Part shown: piece after piece, positions 21,078 to 33,400 of the stretch | Layout of the letters: every line of letters begins with the position of its first letter | Position numbering within the stretch: the stretch's first letter is position 1 | Source of the DNA: Macrostomum lignano | Taxonomy: Eukaryota | NCBI GenBank assembly: GCA_002269645.1 | Contig: NIVC01002702.1 | Span: forward strand, 1 to 64,000 | Direction: 5' to 3' | Length of the DNA: 64,000 bases | The notes under the pieces: generated by a model | What the model saw: the letters and a program-made list of their open reading frames with translations, nothing else | What the model was told of the DNA's origin: nothing | Databases searched by the model: none | Position numbers and translations under genes: made by a program

Positions 21078-21480
21078 CTCTGCGCCACCGAGGTCTTTCT
21101 CCACGTGGGGTACTTGTAATTGAACCGCTTGCAGCGTGCGAGCCTAGTCGTATGCCCGTCTGCGCCGCGGCACGTCGGGTCCGCTGGGATGTCAGCCGGC
21201 ACAGTCAGCATCTCGGCCTGTTGACAACCATGCCCGCGGACACACTCGATGCCACCTCGACCAGCCTGCTGTCCATATCTGGCGCTGGGCAGGACGAGGA
21301 CAGATCGAGCGCGAGGTTGTCGGCGTAGCCATGAGCACGCTCGACTCGGACGCTTTTCGCCGAGGCAGCAACTGATGCGTCTTGTGCAGCAGGAAGTTGA
21401 AGCCATATCAGCCGAGGGGATTGGGCGCGGTCCGATCAAAGCATCCCATGCCGCCCAGCAGCAGCACGAATTGAGCTTAA
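21078..21480 (-). mobile_element. Degenerate RTE-like LINE, 5' piece (RT core region, 5'-truncated)
   Basis: Minus-strand YADNLAL (decayed YADD) followed by VPADIPADPTCRGADGHTTRLARC. Confidence 0.65.
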
Positions 21481-22394
21481 GTGGGTTTATATAGTTTCAT
21501 CCTTAGATTTTAAACATGACTGACAAGCAGTGAGGACGGAAGCAATGGTTCATTTTCAACTACTGTGGAGGAACAAGATCAAGCCCCCATGCAGAATCGC
21601 TGGACGCAATGCAGTTTATGCTTGGACTGTCAAACGAAACGTCAAAGGAGTCTTGATCGAAGCGTATCGGAGGTTTTAACCATGCGAAATTTTTATTAGT
21701 AGATAGAGCAGACTGCTTTTATGTCATCTTGTTGCTACAGGCCGTAAAGTGAAATTTTCACAATTTACAATGTAAATTTGCATTTAATTATTACATGTAG
21801 CAGATGTAACGATCGTGATTGCGCTTCATATCCGCTATATGGACCCAAATTTATTCATGAATTATTGGACCGAATCAAATGATGCTGTGCCACCCCATTG
21901 CTACCATAGACAAAAGCGCCTGCCATTATTTCAGCTAAAATATCTTCGATAAAATTCAATCTGTGTAAATCCAATGGGGCTCTAAAAACTACGTCACGTG
22001 TATTTAAAGCTTCCAACTAAAACAAAAATTGTGAATACTGCTTTAGTTAAACTGGCGCTTAATTTTTCTATCAATATCAATTTACGTGAAATAAATCTTC
22101 TGTTGTGTTTCTGTGCTCAGTGCCAATGATTATTTCTTTAATGACTAATAATGACGCACAGTTTCAAGATAAGACAAACGTAAATAAATTTATTTAACTT
22201 GCCAGTTTCTTGAGCTGAGTGAGGTAGGCCTAGTGATCTGCTAAACTAATCTTACTTAATAACTCTTCAGATATCGGTATTTATAGGTTCTTATTCTGCA
22301 GTTGCGAATTTTAACTTGACTAAACTCTTGATTTTGGTGTATAATTTCACAGAAAGGCTTTGCTCAGTGTGATCATCAATAATAAAGCATTATA

Positions 22395-25300
22395 ATGAAT
22401 AGACTTTTTGGTAGTGGAAAGCCAAAACAACCTCCACCAAATCTTAATGATGCTGTTTCCAATGTAAGTCTATACATTTTTTACTATAAACACCTAATTT
22501 CTGCATTTTTAATCTTTTGATACAATTTATTCGACTCTATTTATCTAGATTTAAAAAACATTTTTTATACATTATTTTGTTTTCTACTTTCATTTTTGCA
22601 TTCGCGTCCAATTAATTGTGTGAAATAGATAGTTATGAACATATTTAATTTAAAATGCAAATTTAGTCAATAATTCTAAACCTATGTATGCCTTTTAAAA
22701 CTAAAGGATATAGTATAGGCTAGAGAATAAAGTAGGTATAGCCTAGGCTATAGGTAGTGTTCCACTGTAAGGAGGGTCCATGTACCATAGCCGTAGCCGT
22801 AAGCAAAACTATGGCTTATTCAATTCTCCATATTCTATAGCCATAGGGACCCTAATATAATATTACTATATTCCCGTAGTTCCCATAGCCATAGCTGTAG
22901 TTTTAATAAAAAGTCTAGAAAACAAAATATTTTAAATCAAGAAGATAACTTGGTGCTTAAACAACTGCAAATTAAGTTAGAAAATAAAAGAAACACTCAA
23001 TTGCCTTTGTAAGATTATATTTTGTCTTTTTTCAGAGCAACAATACTTAATCTTTACTGAAAATACTAATTCTGAACTTTTTTACATCAATAAAAATTAG
23101 AGTTTGCTAGTGTTTTATTGTACTTTTTTAGGTATATTTTAAAAGTTTCTAAGTTGATAATACAGTTTACTAAAAGTATCTTTGTTTTATTCTACCTGTT
23201 TCAAATATTTTTTCAATCAATCAATGTTTAACATGAATAACTCAGACTATGGGAATCTATGGAATGTGACAACAACTACCATATTTCTATAGTCATAGCC
23301 GTAAGAGCAGCTAGCTACCGTAGGCGTATCCGTAGCTGCCATAGGCACCTATTTTACCTATTTTTGCCGTAGGATCCCATAGCCATAGCTATGGCTATGG
23401 CGGAACATATGAATATAATTATGCAATGTCAATGTAATAAGTTAGTAAGCTATATGAAAATAGACTATTTTATAAGAGACTAAACACTAAGTCTTAGTCT
23501 TAGTATAAAAACACTAAGTCAAAATGTAATCCTATAAAAGTTCTTTAATTTTAAATTCTTGCAGGTATATCTTATAGGGCCTAAGCATATTAGCCTATTG
23601 CCATTATAGGCCTTATTGCCATTATGAGCCTATTATAGGCCCTAAGCATTTTAGATATTATGCCTTTTATATCAGGAAAAATAAAAAAACCAGTGTCCTA
23701 TACCTTGAGGCCTTTATTGAAACCCATTAAGATCCAAACTAAACAAAAAACCCAATTTTAAAAAAGTAAAAAGTGAAAAATCTTATGATATTGATCATTG
23801 GCCCAGCCTTTTGCAAATGTTTAATTCGATAAGCCTTAGCTTATAAATCATTGATTTTTTTATCTAAGTCAATTTGTAAATTGGGTCATTTTTGGCTTCA
23901 AGTTATATATTTGTATTTTATATAGATAACATCTCTTTTGATTTTTGTTTAAAGCCAAGGAGAAAGGTGTTTAAAAAAACCTAAGGCTAAAGTCTAGCTC
24001 ATAATATTAGAATGAATTTATACAAAAATATTATTTCTTATCCATTATTCAAATGTCTTAAACTAGTCAATAAATAGTTATATCTAGTTTTTTTAATTCT
24101 ATGGCTTTAATGATTGCTTGTAGAATTATATAGTAGCAATTTAGACTTTAAAACATCTATGATACCATAGTCAGGAAGGTGGCAATGTGCACTGGAATAA
24201 TTTTTTTGGGACAATCTATGCACCATCTATGCACCCCATCTATGCACCATTTGTGTGCCATCTGTGTGTCATCTGTGTGCCATGTCTGTGTCCTTATTTT
24301 ATGTATTTTATATAATTTATGTAATTTATGTATTTATGTAAATTATGTATTTTACAACAAGTTTGAAAATTCTTAAAATTCATGTAGACTCAATATGCTA
24401 TGCCAGTTTTATGCTAATAAAGATTCTATTCTGATTCCTTATACACCAAAGTTGTGCATAGCACTGCATATGTCAGGGACCTTATGTGTCGCATGTGCTA
24501 GGGACCTCAGTGTGCACCATGATTTGTGCACCGCATATGCCAGGGACCTTAGTGTGTGCCATGATTGTATGCCAAGTGCGCTAAGGACCCCTTGTATGTA
24601 CTATAATTTTCCATAGCAAAGGCCACCTTCCTAACTATAGATGATATACTTTATTTTTGACCTTGTCAACAGTGGCTGTGGCAACTATACGCCAATTAAC
24701 AACTATTGAAGAACCACCAGAATTTTTTTCAAAAAAATGTGTTGACTTAAAACTCAATTTTGCTTCAACGAGGTTTCTTTAGTTATGGAATAGTTTGCTA
24801 AGGCAAATAATAATATTAATTAAATTTTTTTGAAACTCAATTAAATTAGCTGAATGATTAAGCAGAGGTACTAGTTTAATAAAGTGTACATAGGATACAT
24901 GTAAAATGTGTGTAAAATGTTTCTTGAATTCATGACATTACATGTTAAGCTGTTTCCTTGTGTTTGAAGGTTTGGTTTGTTTGGTTTGGTTTGAAGAAGA
25001 TTCTGTTTTGTTGAGGAAGAAACTTATGAGTTTAACACAATCAAGCAAGTTTGGGTTAGGAGTAAAATGTGGATTTTAATTACTTAAAAATTGGATTGAA
25101 TTGAAACTTTTTTGAAACATTGATTGAAACAACATATATGAGTGCTTTTCAACTGCTTAGGTAAAAACAGCTTAAATAAGCAGAGTGTCAACTGTCAATG
25201 AGTCCTGCTATTTACTAGCACAGTCTCTATTAACGCAAAGGATCAGTCAAAAGTTAGTCACGTCAAAACTTTTTAATCTGCGCAACAGATGCTGGCAGAG

Positions 25301-28300
25301 GCGTCGCAGCTGCCAGCTCAGCAGTCTTCCTCTTTAAAACTGATTGCATAATTTGGTTTGACTCTTCTTCTTTCCTCTTTTGAATGCAATCCTGCACCTT
25401 GCGAAGCTCTTCAAGCTCATTTTTGTGCACCTTTGCTTTTAGCCAAGCTTCTTCAAGCAACAGAAGTGCAGCACTCTTTTCTTTAATTTTTTTCTCAATT
25501 TTTATTGCATTTGATGCAATATCCATTTGCAAAGAGCTGAATTGCTTGCTAGCTTTCTTTTCTGCCTCTACTTCAGTGAGCACCTCTTTTGTTAGCTTTT
25601 CATGGCACTCTCGCTTTGCTTCCACCGCCTCATCCTTCAGTCTCTGTCGGTACGCCAAATGAGCACTTGTGCACATGTTCCAGAGAGCTAAGGTGAAAAG
25701 CAGATTCGCAGCAGTCCATTTCTTTACAGACAAACAGGAACAAGTGACAATTAAGGCCTTGACAGTGAAGGGTGCCAAACTTGTCCGCTTCTTAGTAACC
25801 GTGTCCCAAACCAGACTGAAGACTCGCTCAACTTCAGTGTTCCCATGTGGGAGAACGAGAAGCGCTCTAACAAGCCTAATGAGTAGAGGACAATTACCAG
25901 CCTTGGATACAGACTCCCAAAATTCGATGACATTTGACAACTCCGACTCCGGAATCTCTGTCTGGTGTCTGTCTGGTGTAGACGCGCCTCAACTTTCAGG
26001 CTGCCAATCTCCATGTCAGCGAAAGCAAATTACATTTCCGCCATAAGGGTTGTAACCCACTTAACATAGGACGAATTACGCTGCTCCTTCAGATCCAGCA
26101 TTTTGCAGGCCTTGAGGAACTAACTCTTGAAGGGCTAGGTAGTCCCTCAGTTTTCAGTTCCAACTCGGAAGAATTTTTTCATTGCTTGAAGACACTTGCT
26201 AGTCGTCAGCAGTTATGTCAACAAACAATGGCTTTGCTGGCTCACCCATCCCAATGCTATAGGGCCCTAGCCAGACAGCTAGATCATCCAAGTTGACTTT
26301 CCATAGATGCCGCTTGGAAAGTTCGGCCAAATCTACAAATCGCAACAACCAGCGCTTCATTAAGTCTAGCATTTGACTGTGTAGGTGGTGGAGCTGGGAG
26401 CTTTCCTGCTGGAAGAGAAGCTCAAGACGCTAAAGCGGCTTCAAAACCTCTGCTATGAAGCGAAGAAAGAACTCAGTCTTTGGATCTCTCAGGGCCTTTT
26501 TTATGGTACCAGCGTGCGGCCCTGAGTCCCTACTCTTGACGTTCAGTTCCGAAAAGAACTTATCAAGCGGTGCATCTAGATAGAGCACTCGTTCAACGAC
26601 AGGCAGCACTTGGAGCCACCGGGTCTCCACAGGTCGGAGGAATGCCAGCTTCTTTATCTCACAGAAGCTGTCAGCTAGAACGTCATCAAAACCATCCGAC
26701 TGCACTGTCTTAAAGAAGGCGTAGATCTTCTTAAGCAAGCGTTCTACTGACACTCCAAGGTCGGAAGCTCCACAGGCGTATCTAGCCACGTTAGCGACAT
26801 GGTGTAAGGAACAGCCTCCTAGATCGATTAAGTTAGGAAACCCGTCGGTTTTTAGCCTAACAACTGTACCACTCTTGGCACCACGCATAGCGTTACAACT
26901 GTCACTCATAATAGAGAGACAGTAGTTGCTATTGATTCCAGACTTCAACATGGACTGACGGACGGCAGTCGCCATTGCCTCTGCTGTTGTGGACTTTAAC
27001 TCAGACAAGTCGATGCAGACCACTTTAACGTCAAGAGACGAGCTGGGCAGGAAGCGGGCAACTACTCCGAGGTATTTGGATCCTTTATTAGCCTCATCGA
27101 TTTGGAGCGAGAACCATTCAGCTGCGCGGATCTCCTGCAGCACTGCTTCTCTGATGTATGGAAACAATGCATCCCGAAGGAGGTAAGCAATCTTGCTTTC
27201 ATGGAGCTGCATACGGGGAGGAATCTTTGAATCTGGACAAATCGCAGCAATATCCTCAGCGAGATCTGCTTCTGATTCGAAGCTGCGTGCCTTGATTACG
27301 AGTCTCGTACCACATCGGATCTCAGCTGCCCGTGCATCAGCAATTGTACTGCTTGTGTCTAATGTGGTGAAAGCAAATGTATTGCCTGAGCTGGCTTCAG
27401 CAGCGCTTGTTTGGCAGCCTCTGCGTGGCTTCTAAAGTTGGTCAGGCCACTTTTGATTTCAAAAGTTTTGGCACACCAGTTGCAGCGCACTGTGCTACCC
27501 TCGCTGTCGAGCTTCTTTGCCCAGATGCCAATCTTGTCGCCATTGTTATCAATGCGCTCCAGCCAGTCTTCATTCCAAGCCACCGGTAACCTCGGGCTTT
27601 TACTTAGGCTCATGGAGGCGCTGGACTGAGTTGTCGAATGGTTGAAAGAGTCAAAAGATAAACGAAAGGTACAAGCAAACTGTACTAGCTTTCACAAATC
27701 CATAGTTGCATAGATAACACGTCTATCTCATGGTATTTATTATTAGCCGAATCCTAAAAATTTACACATTTAACAAAATAAAATGTTTGATTAAGACGAT
27801 AAAAAAACATGGTGATAGCTTCATTTTATTTAAGTACTGCACAATAAAGAATTCAATAGTCATTTATTTAATAATCATTTGTATGAAGGCCTATTACACA
27901 ACACAATTCTTTTGAAAAACTTATAAGAAGCATTTTGTTTTTTTCGCGTTCTCCATTGCCCTCAATTTTCGCGTCGGGGTGATAGAATTCGCGTATTCGC
28001 GTTATTTTCGCGAATTCGCGTCATGCCACAGCCACTAAGTAATTGTTTAAACTTAACTAGAAAATAATGAAACAAAAATAAGAAAGGCAAGAAAAAAGCA
28101 ATGCAAGTGGATAAGATAAAAACACAAAGGAGGATAAAAAACAAGCAAGTAGCAGAAGAGCAGCCAATAAGTTAGTCAGAAAAAAAGTGTAAAAATTGGT
28201 TGATACAAGGGAAGCATACACTGAATTTCCATGTCAACAGTTCTACAAAGGGAAATAGAGATGGGAATTGGATTCTAAGCTTGTCTAATCCTAAAAAGAT

Positions 28301-29165
28301 AGATTCAGACCCTAATATCAAACGAGTTGCAGTCCAATCTAATTGGACTCTCATTCCCCCAATTGCCAGATTGACAGTCGCGGCGAATCCGTGGACAAGA
28401 AAATCGCCCGCCTAGACGCTGAGCTGGCCAAATACCGGGACCAGATGAAGAAGATGCGCGAAGGCCCCTCTAAGAATCTTGTTAAGCAGAAGGCGCTGCG
28501 TGTGCTCAAACAGAAGCGAACCTATGAGCAGCAGCGAGACCAGCTGACTCAGCAGAGCTTTAATCTGGAGCAGACTAACTTCGCCATCCAGACGGTGAAG
28601 GACACCAAGACCACCGTTGAAGCTATGAAAGGCGGCGTGAAAGAGTTCAAGAAGAGCTACAAAGGTATCAACTTGGACAAGGTTGAGGATCTGCAAGACG
28701 ATCTGGAGGATTTCATGGATCAGGCCAATGAGATCAACGAGGTCATGGGCCGCAGCTACGGCATGCCAGACGTGGACGAGTCTGAGCTCGAAGCCGAGCT
28801 GGAAGCCCTTGGCGATGATATCGGAGTTGGCGATGATTCTTATTTGGATGAGGCTCTGAATGCGCCCGGCGTGCCCAGCAAGGAGCCCGGGGCTGAGAGC
28901 GCCGCTGCTGTGAGTGCTTGAGTTCAGCTTAATGGAGCAGTGAAGAATTTTAGTAAGATAAGAGTGATAGTTGCTCGTAGCTAGAGATTAGAGTAAAAGT
29001 TAGCTAGAGATTAGAGTGATTAAATCGCGAATTTAAATACACTACAGAGTAGGTAAAGACCAGAGTAGCACGTCACGTCAATACCAATAAACAATAAAAA
29101 AATTACAGGGCGATGCTCAACTGGACGAATTCGGCCTGCCGAAGATTCCAGCCAGTGCCAAGTGA
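22395..29165 (+). CDS. CHMP5: Charged multivesicular body protein 5 (Vps60, Snf7 family, ESCRT-III); exons 22395-22463, 28370-28909, 29109-29165; 221 aa
   Basis: [17 protein letters not shown] | [19 protein letters not shown]...[17 protein letters not shown] | [10 protein letters not shown]. Both introns are phase 0 and GT-AG. Confidence 0.95.
24670..28037 (-). mobile_element. hAT DNA transposon (about 3.37 kb) in CHMP5 intron 1, antisense
   Basis: TIRs CAGTGGCTGTGGCA / TAGTGGCTGTGGCA. TTCGCG subterminal repeats at 27960-28020. Internal transposase. No 8-bp TSD seen. Confidence 0.78.
25263..27613 (-). pseudogene. hAT transposase with frameshifts and stops
   Basis: BED-like finger (W...CNWC...F...H), [20 protein letters not shown] (CxxH), ETRW, and a dimerisation motif [13 protein letters not shown], split over several frames. 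Confidence 0.85.
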
Positions 29166-29659
29166 GCCGGCGTGCACAAGGCACAGTACAGATGCTTACT
29201 ATACTACTTACTACATTGATTTCATTAACTATTGGAATTTTTCTCTGCTGTATAGACACGTAACCTCTCATTGAATTTTTTATAGAACACAGTAAGGACG
29301 ATTTATTATTATTGCAAGTCAGGCTAATAGACTTTTAGCATCTCTCTCATTAGAAAGATTTCCAGATAAAAGTTTAATATCCTGCAGTAAATTTATATTC
29401 TATAAGTTTCTGTACTCGTTTAAGCAAATTGATTTGATAGTTAAGCAAATACGGCTAAATTATAGACACGTGGTTTATTATTCTGTTGCATATTTAATTA
29501 CCATGTATATTCAGAATAATGTTGTTATTATCTCTGTAAACATATAGCTCGTAAAACAATATTTTAAAAAGTTGCTTTCATCGTCAACTATAATGCGATT
29601 TCATATTTAGTTTGCACAGAAGATGTGCTCAAAGTCTTTGGCTTGTTTTCACTGATTTT

Positions 29660-29670
29660 TCTATCCATCC

Positions 29671-29711
<41 letters not shown>

Positions 29712-29719
29712 ATCTATCC

Positions 29720-29782
<63 letters not shown>

Positions 29783-29800
29783 CATCTATCTAATCTATCC

Positions 29801-29855
<55 letters not shown>

Positions 29856-29868
29856 CATCCATCCATCC

Positions 29869-29927
<59 letters not shown>

Positions 29928-29954
29928 CGGATCCATCCATCTATCTATCCATCC

Positions 29955-29995
<41 letters not shown>

Positions 29996-30015
29996 ATCTA
30001 TCCATCTATCTATCC

Positions 30016-30046
<31 letters not shown>

Positions 30047-30110
30047 CATCTATCTATTTACCTATCTATCTATCTACGAGTGTTTATCAATCAATCAATC
30101 AATCAATCTA
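29660..30110 (+). repeat. (TCTA)n/(TCCA)n/(TCAA)n microsatellite
   Basis: Direct reading. Confidence 0.97.
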
Positions 30111-30116
30111 TCTTGA

Positions 30117-31895
30117 TGTAACCACGCTCTGGTCGCGGGATCTGGTGGGGGAAATTTTGCGGAATCTCTCTGATCTCTTTTGACCCACCGGGCAGAGCTG
30201 TAGAGACTGGGCCGGGTCCCTGACCAGGCCAACTGACTCCCGCTCTGCTGCATCCCCCTGCTGGCTCGGTTCCGTCTCCCACTCAGCCACACGTGCCTTT
30301 CCGGAGCCCCTATTTCGTGCACCTCGTCTGCCTTCCCCATTTTTCACGCGCCCCACCCAAGTATCATGTACTTCTCATGTTTCTCCTCATGTTTTAGCCC
30401 GTTTTTCTTGCGCTGTCCCCTTCTCATCCCGTGCTTACTTACAGTATTGCCTGTGCTAACCATCGCCCCATCTCCTTTTAGAATCCCAAACGGTGACGCA
30501 AAGCTTCTAACCCTCACCCCGATGACTCATCACCCCTCTCGCGCAACCTTTTCTCATGCTATTGCTCTCTTCTCAAGATTTCTCATGTGACACCCACCCC
30601 TCCGCTCCTATTGTTCTTGTTTTTGATTCTTTTGTTATCGTTTTCGCACCTAATTATCACATCTTCCCAGATTTTCTGGTTCTATTGTTCTCCTTTTCGC
30701 ACCCAATTAGCACCTTTTCTCCAATGTTTACTTTTCTATTGTTCCCGGTTCTCCTCAATTATCCCCGATTTCTATTTCCTTTATTCTCGGTCTAGATCTT
30801 ATTGTTCTTAATGTTTGCTTGCGCAACACTTCGTCGACCCCCCGCTGTGCTCATTTCCCCCCCACCCCTCCTCCGGATTGCGCAATTCTCCCATTTCTCA
30901 TGTTGCTATGCCGTTCTCATGCTTCTTATCATGACTCATTCTGACGTCATTTTCCCGGTAGCCAATCAGAGAGAGGGAGTCATGGAAACGACCTTGGAGC
31001 GGCGGCCGTGAGGACTGATTAGAGAGCTGAGCCAATTGTGTTACCGTATCTTTGCTGTATTTTTACTCAATAGTGAAGCCGCCTAAACAGGCAATAATTG
31101 CCTGTTTATTTTGCCCAAGGGCCTAATCATTAATAACCACTACTAAACTCCTCATTTTTCGCACTTTCACCATTATTTCACTCAATGGCTTGCTGAGCCT
31201 TTCTCCCTGGGTGGCAAAGCATAAGGAAGTTTAGGTAAGCCAATGGCAAGTGCCAAGTGCCAATCCCCGTGCCAAGCCCGCCTGTGTGTGCGTGCTGCGG
31301 GTCCGAGTGTGCGGGCAGTAGAGGGAAGTAGCGGGTCTTGGCACAGAATGGCAGCAGGAAGGTTGCAACCCCATGCTGACGCGTCCCTTCGCTCTGAGCA
31401 ATCTAAACTATAGCTAGTACATGTTCATCTCACACTACTCTTAGTAATTGAAGCCTCAAGTCCGCCTCATTCATAGCCAAAAAGGATCCCCTGCTGAGAA
31501 ATCCTCCAGATTGATCCCACAGTTCCCGAATATGCACCAAGCAGAGTCCCTGTACTCGGCTGCATCCGTCTCTCCTGTTAGCCTAAATCCCCTGGTAACC
31601 AATCCAGGCGGGGCTCTAGCCTCGACAGATCTGGTCGTAAGATCCAGGTGCACCACGTCACAAAGCGTGGTGGCAGGTGACCAACTATTGCACCTTGGCT
31701 ACAGGTGGGGTCCATGTGGGTCCTTGGCCCTCTGGTCACAAAAGCGTTACCAAAGCTATCAATCATGTGGGCGTTACAGTCTGGTGTTGGAGGTCCGTCA
31801 GGTCATTGCCCGGTCATAGGCAGCCTACGGTCATTGCCCCCTATGGTCAGTCTCTATCCTCCCCGCTGAGCAGACGGTCATCAAAGGCGGTTACA
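30117..31895. mobile_element. Putative solo LTR (about 1.78 kb)
   Basis: TGTAACC...GGTTACA inverted termini, composition distinct from the flanks, CCAAT and TGACGTCA motifs, no ORF. No TSD found. Confidence 0.4.
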
Positions 31896-32384
31896 TCAAT
31901 CTAACTAACTTTCTGTTATCTGTCTCATTATTTATCAATAATAAGTTGCTTTCTAAATATTAATAAAACATGAAACAAAAATGGTTCAAAACAAACACGT
32001 AATTTTTATACGAGCCATAGTTCGTGCAAAGAACAGAAGACGTCCGAGACGTTCTAAATGTGCATTCTAAATGTATTATCATGTCAATCAGAATGATCAA
32101 TCTAAGAAACAAGCAATCGATGACACAATAGATGTGAATGTATGTTTATGCATTGACTCCTGATTTGCTGGCAAGTTAGCCTAGCGCGGCCTAGGGATTA
32201 ACTATTGCTGCATGTACATTAAAAAAGTAAAAAAAATTGCTGCCAAAATTTTTGTCTAATTTATTAACTAGAATAAATATCAAAAGTGGTAATTCTAATG
32301 TTGAAAAATGTTTCGCAAGACGATATGAAATCATAATCCCAGTCACCCGAGTCACCATGGGAATTCCAGAGTTGGTGGATAAAA

Positions 32385-33300
32385 TCCCTATATCTGGGTA
32401 TGGGGATTTCAGAGCTGGGGAATAAACTAAAATCCCTATATCTGGGTATGGGGATTTCAGAGCTGGGGAATAAACTAAAATCCCTATAGCTGGGTATGGG
32501 GATTTCAGAGCTGGGGAATAAACTAAAATCCCTATAGCTGGGTATGGGGATTTCAGAGCTGGGGAATAAACTAAAATCCCTATAGCTGGGTATGGGGATT
32601 TCAGAGCTGGGGAATAAACTAAAATCCCTATAGCTGGGTATGGGGATTTCAGAGCTGGGGAATAAACTAAAATCCCTATAGCTGGGTATGGGGATTTCAG
32701 AGCTGGGGAATAAACTAAAATCCCTATAGCTGGGTATGGGGATTTCAGAGCTGGGGAATAAACTAAAATCCCTATAGCTGGGTATGGGGATTTCAGAGCT
32801 GGGGAATAAACTAAAATCCCTATAGCTGGGTATGGGGATTTCAGAGCTGGGGAATAAACTAAAATCCCTATAGCTGGGTATGGGGATTTCAGAGCTGGGG
32901 AATAAACTAAAATCCCTATATCTGGGTATGGGGATTTCAGAGCTGGGGAATAAACTAAAATCCCTATAGCTGGGTATGGGGATTTCAGAGCTGGGGAATA
33001 AACTAAAATCCCTATAGCTGGGTATGGGGATTTCAGAGCTGGGGAATAAACTAAAATCCCTATATCTGGGTATGGGGATTTCAGAGCTGGGGAATAAACT
33101 AAAATCCCTATATCTGGGTATGGGGATTTCAGAGCTGGGGAATAAACTAAAATCCCTATATCTGGGTATGGGGATTTCAGAGCTGGGGAATAAACTAAAA
33201 TCCCTATAGCTGGGTATGGGGATTTCAGATCTTGGGGAATAAACTAAAATCTCAATAGCTGGGTATGGGGATTTCAGAGTTGGGGAACAAAACCCTATTA
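32385..33300 (+). repeat. 48-bp minisatellite (TATAGCTGGGTATGGGGATTTCAGAGCTGGGGAATAAACTAAAATCCC), about 18 copies
   Basis: Direct reading. Bracketed by GTCACCATGGGA at 32351 and 33301. Confidence 0.95.
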
Positions 33301-33400
33301 GTCACCATGGGATATTAAAGCTGGGGAACCATCAGCTATAGGATTTCAAAACGGGATTAAAAAAAACCCTAGAGATTCGCTCATTTCCGTCCGAACAGCT

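Noticed and set aside
22755-23410. Possible MITE with CCATAG/CTATGG repeats and GTTCC...GGAAC ends
   Set aside because: The inverted match is too weak and no TSD is identifiable.
24662-28045. 8-bp TSD for the hAT element
   Set aside because: The flanks CTTGTCAA and AGTAATTG do not match.
29612-30121. IYLS-repeat ORFs (also 60302-60641) and other repeat ORFs at 38582-39628, 45055-45703, 59062-59969 and 61180-62513
   Set aside because: Micro- and minisatellite artefacts.
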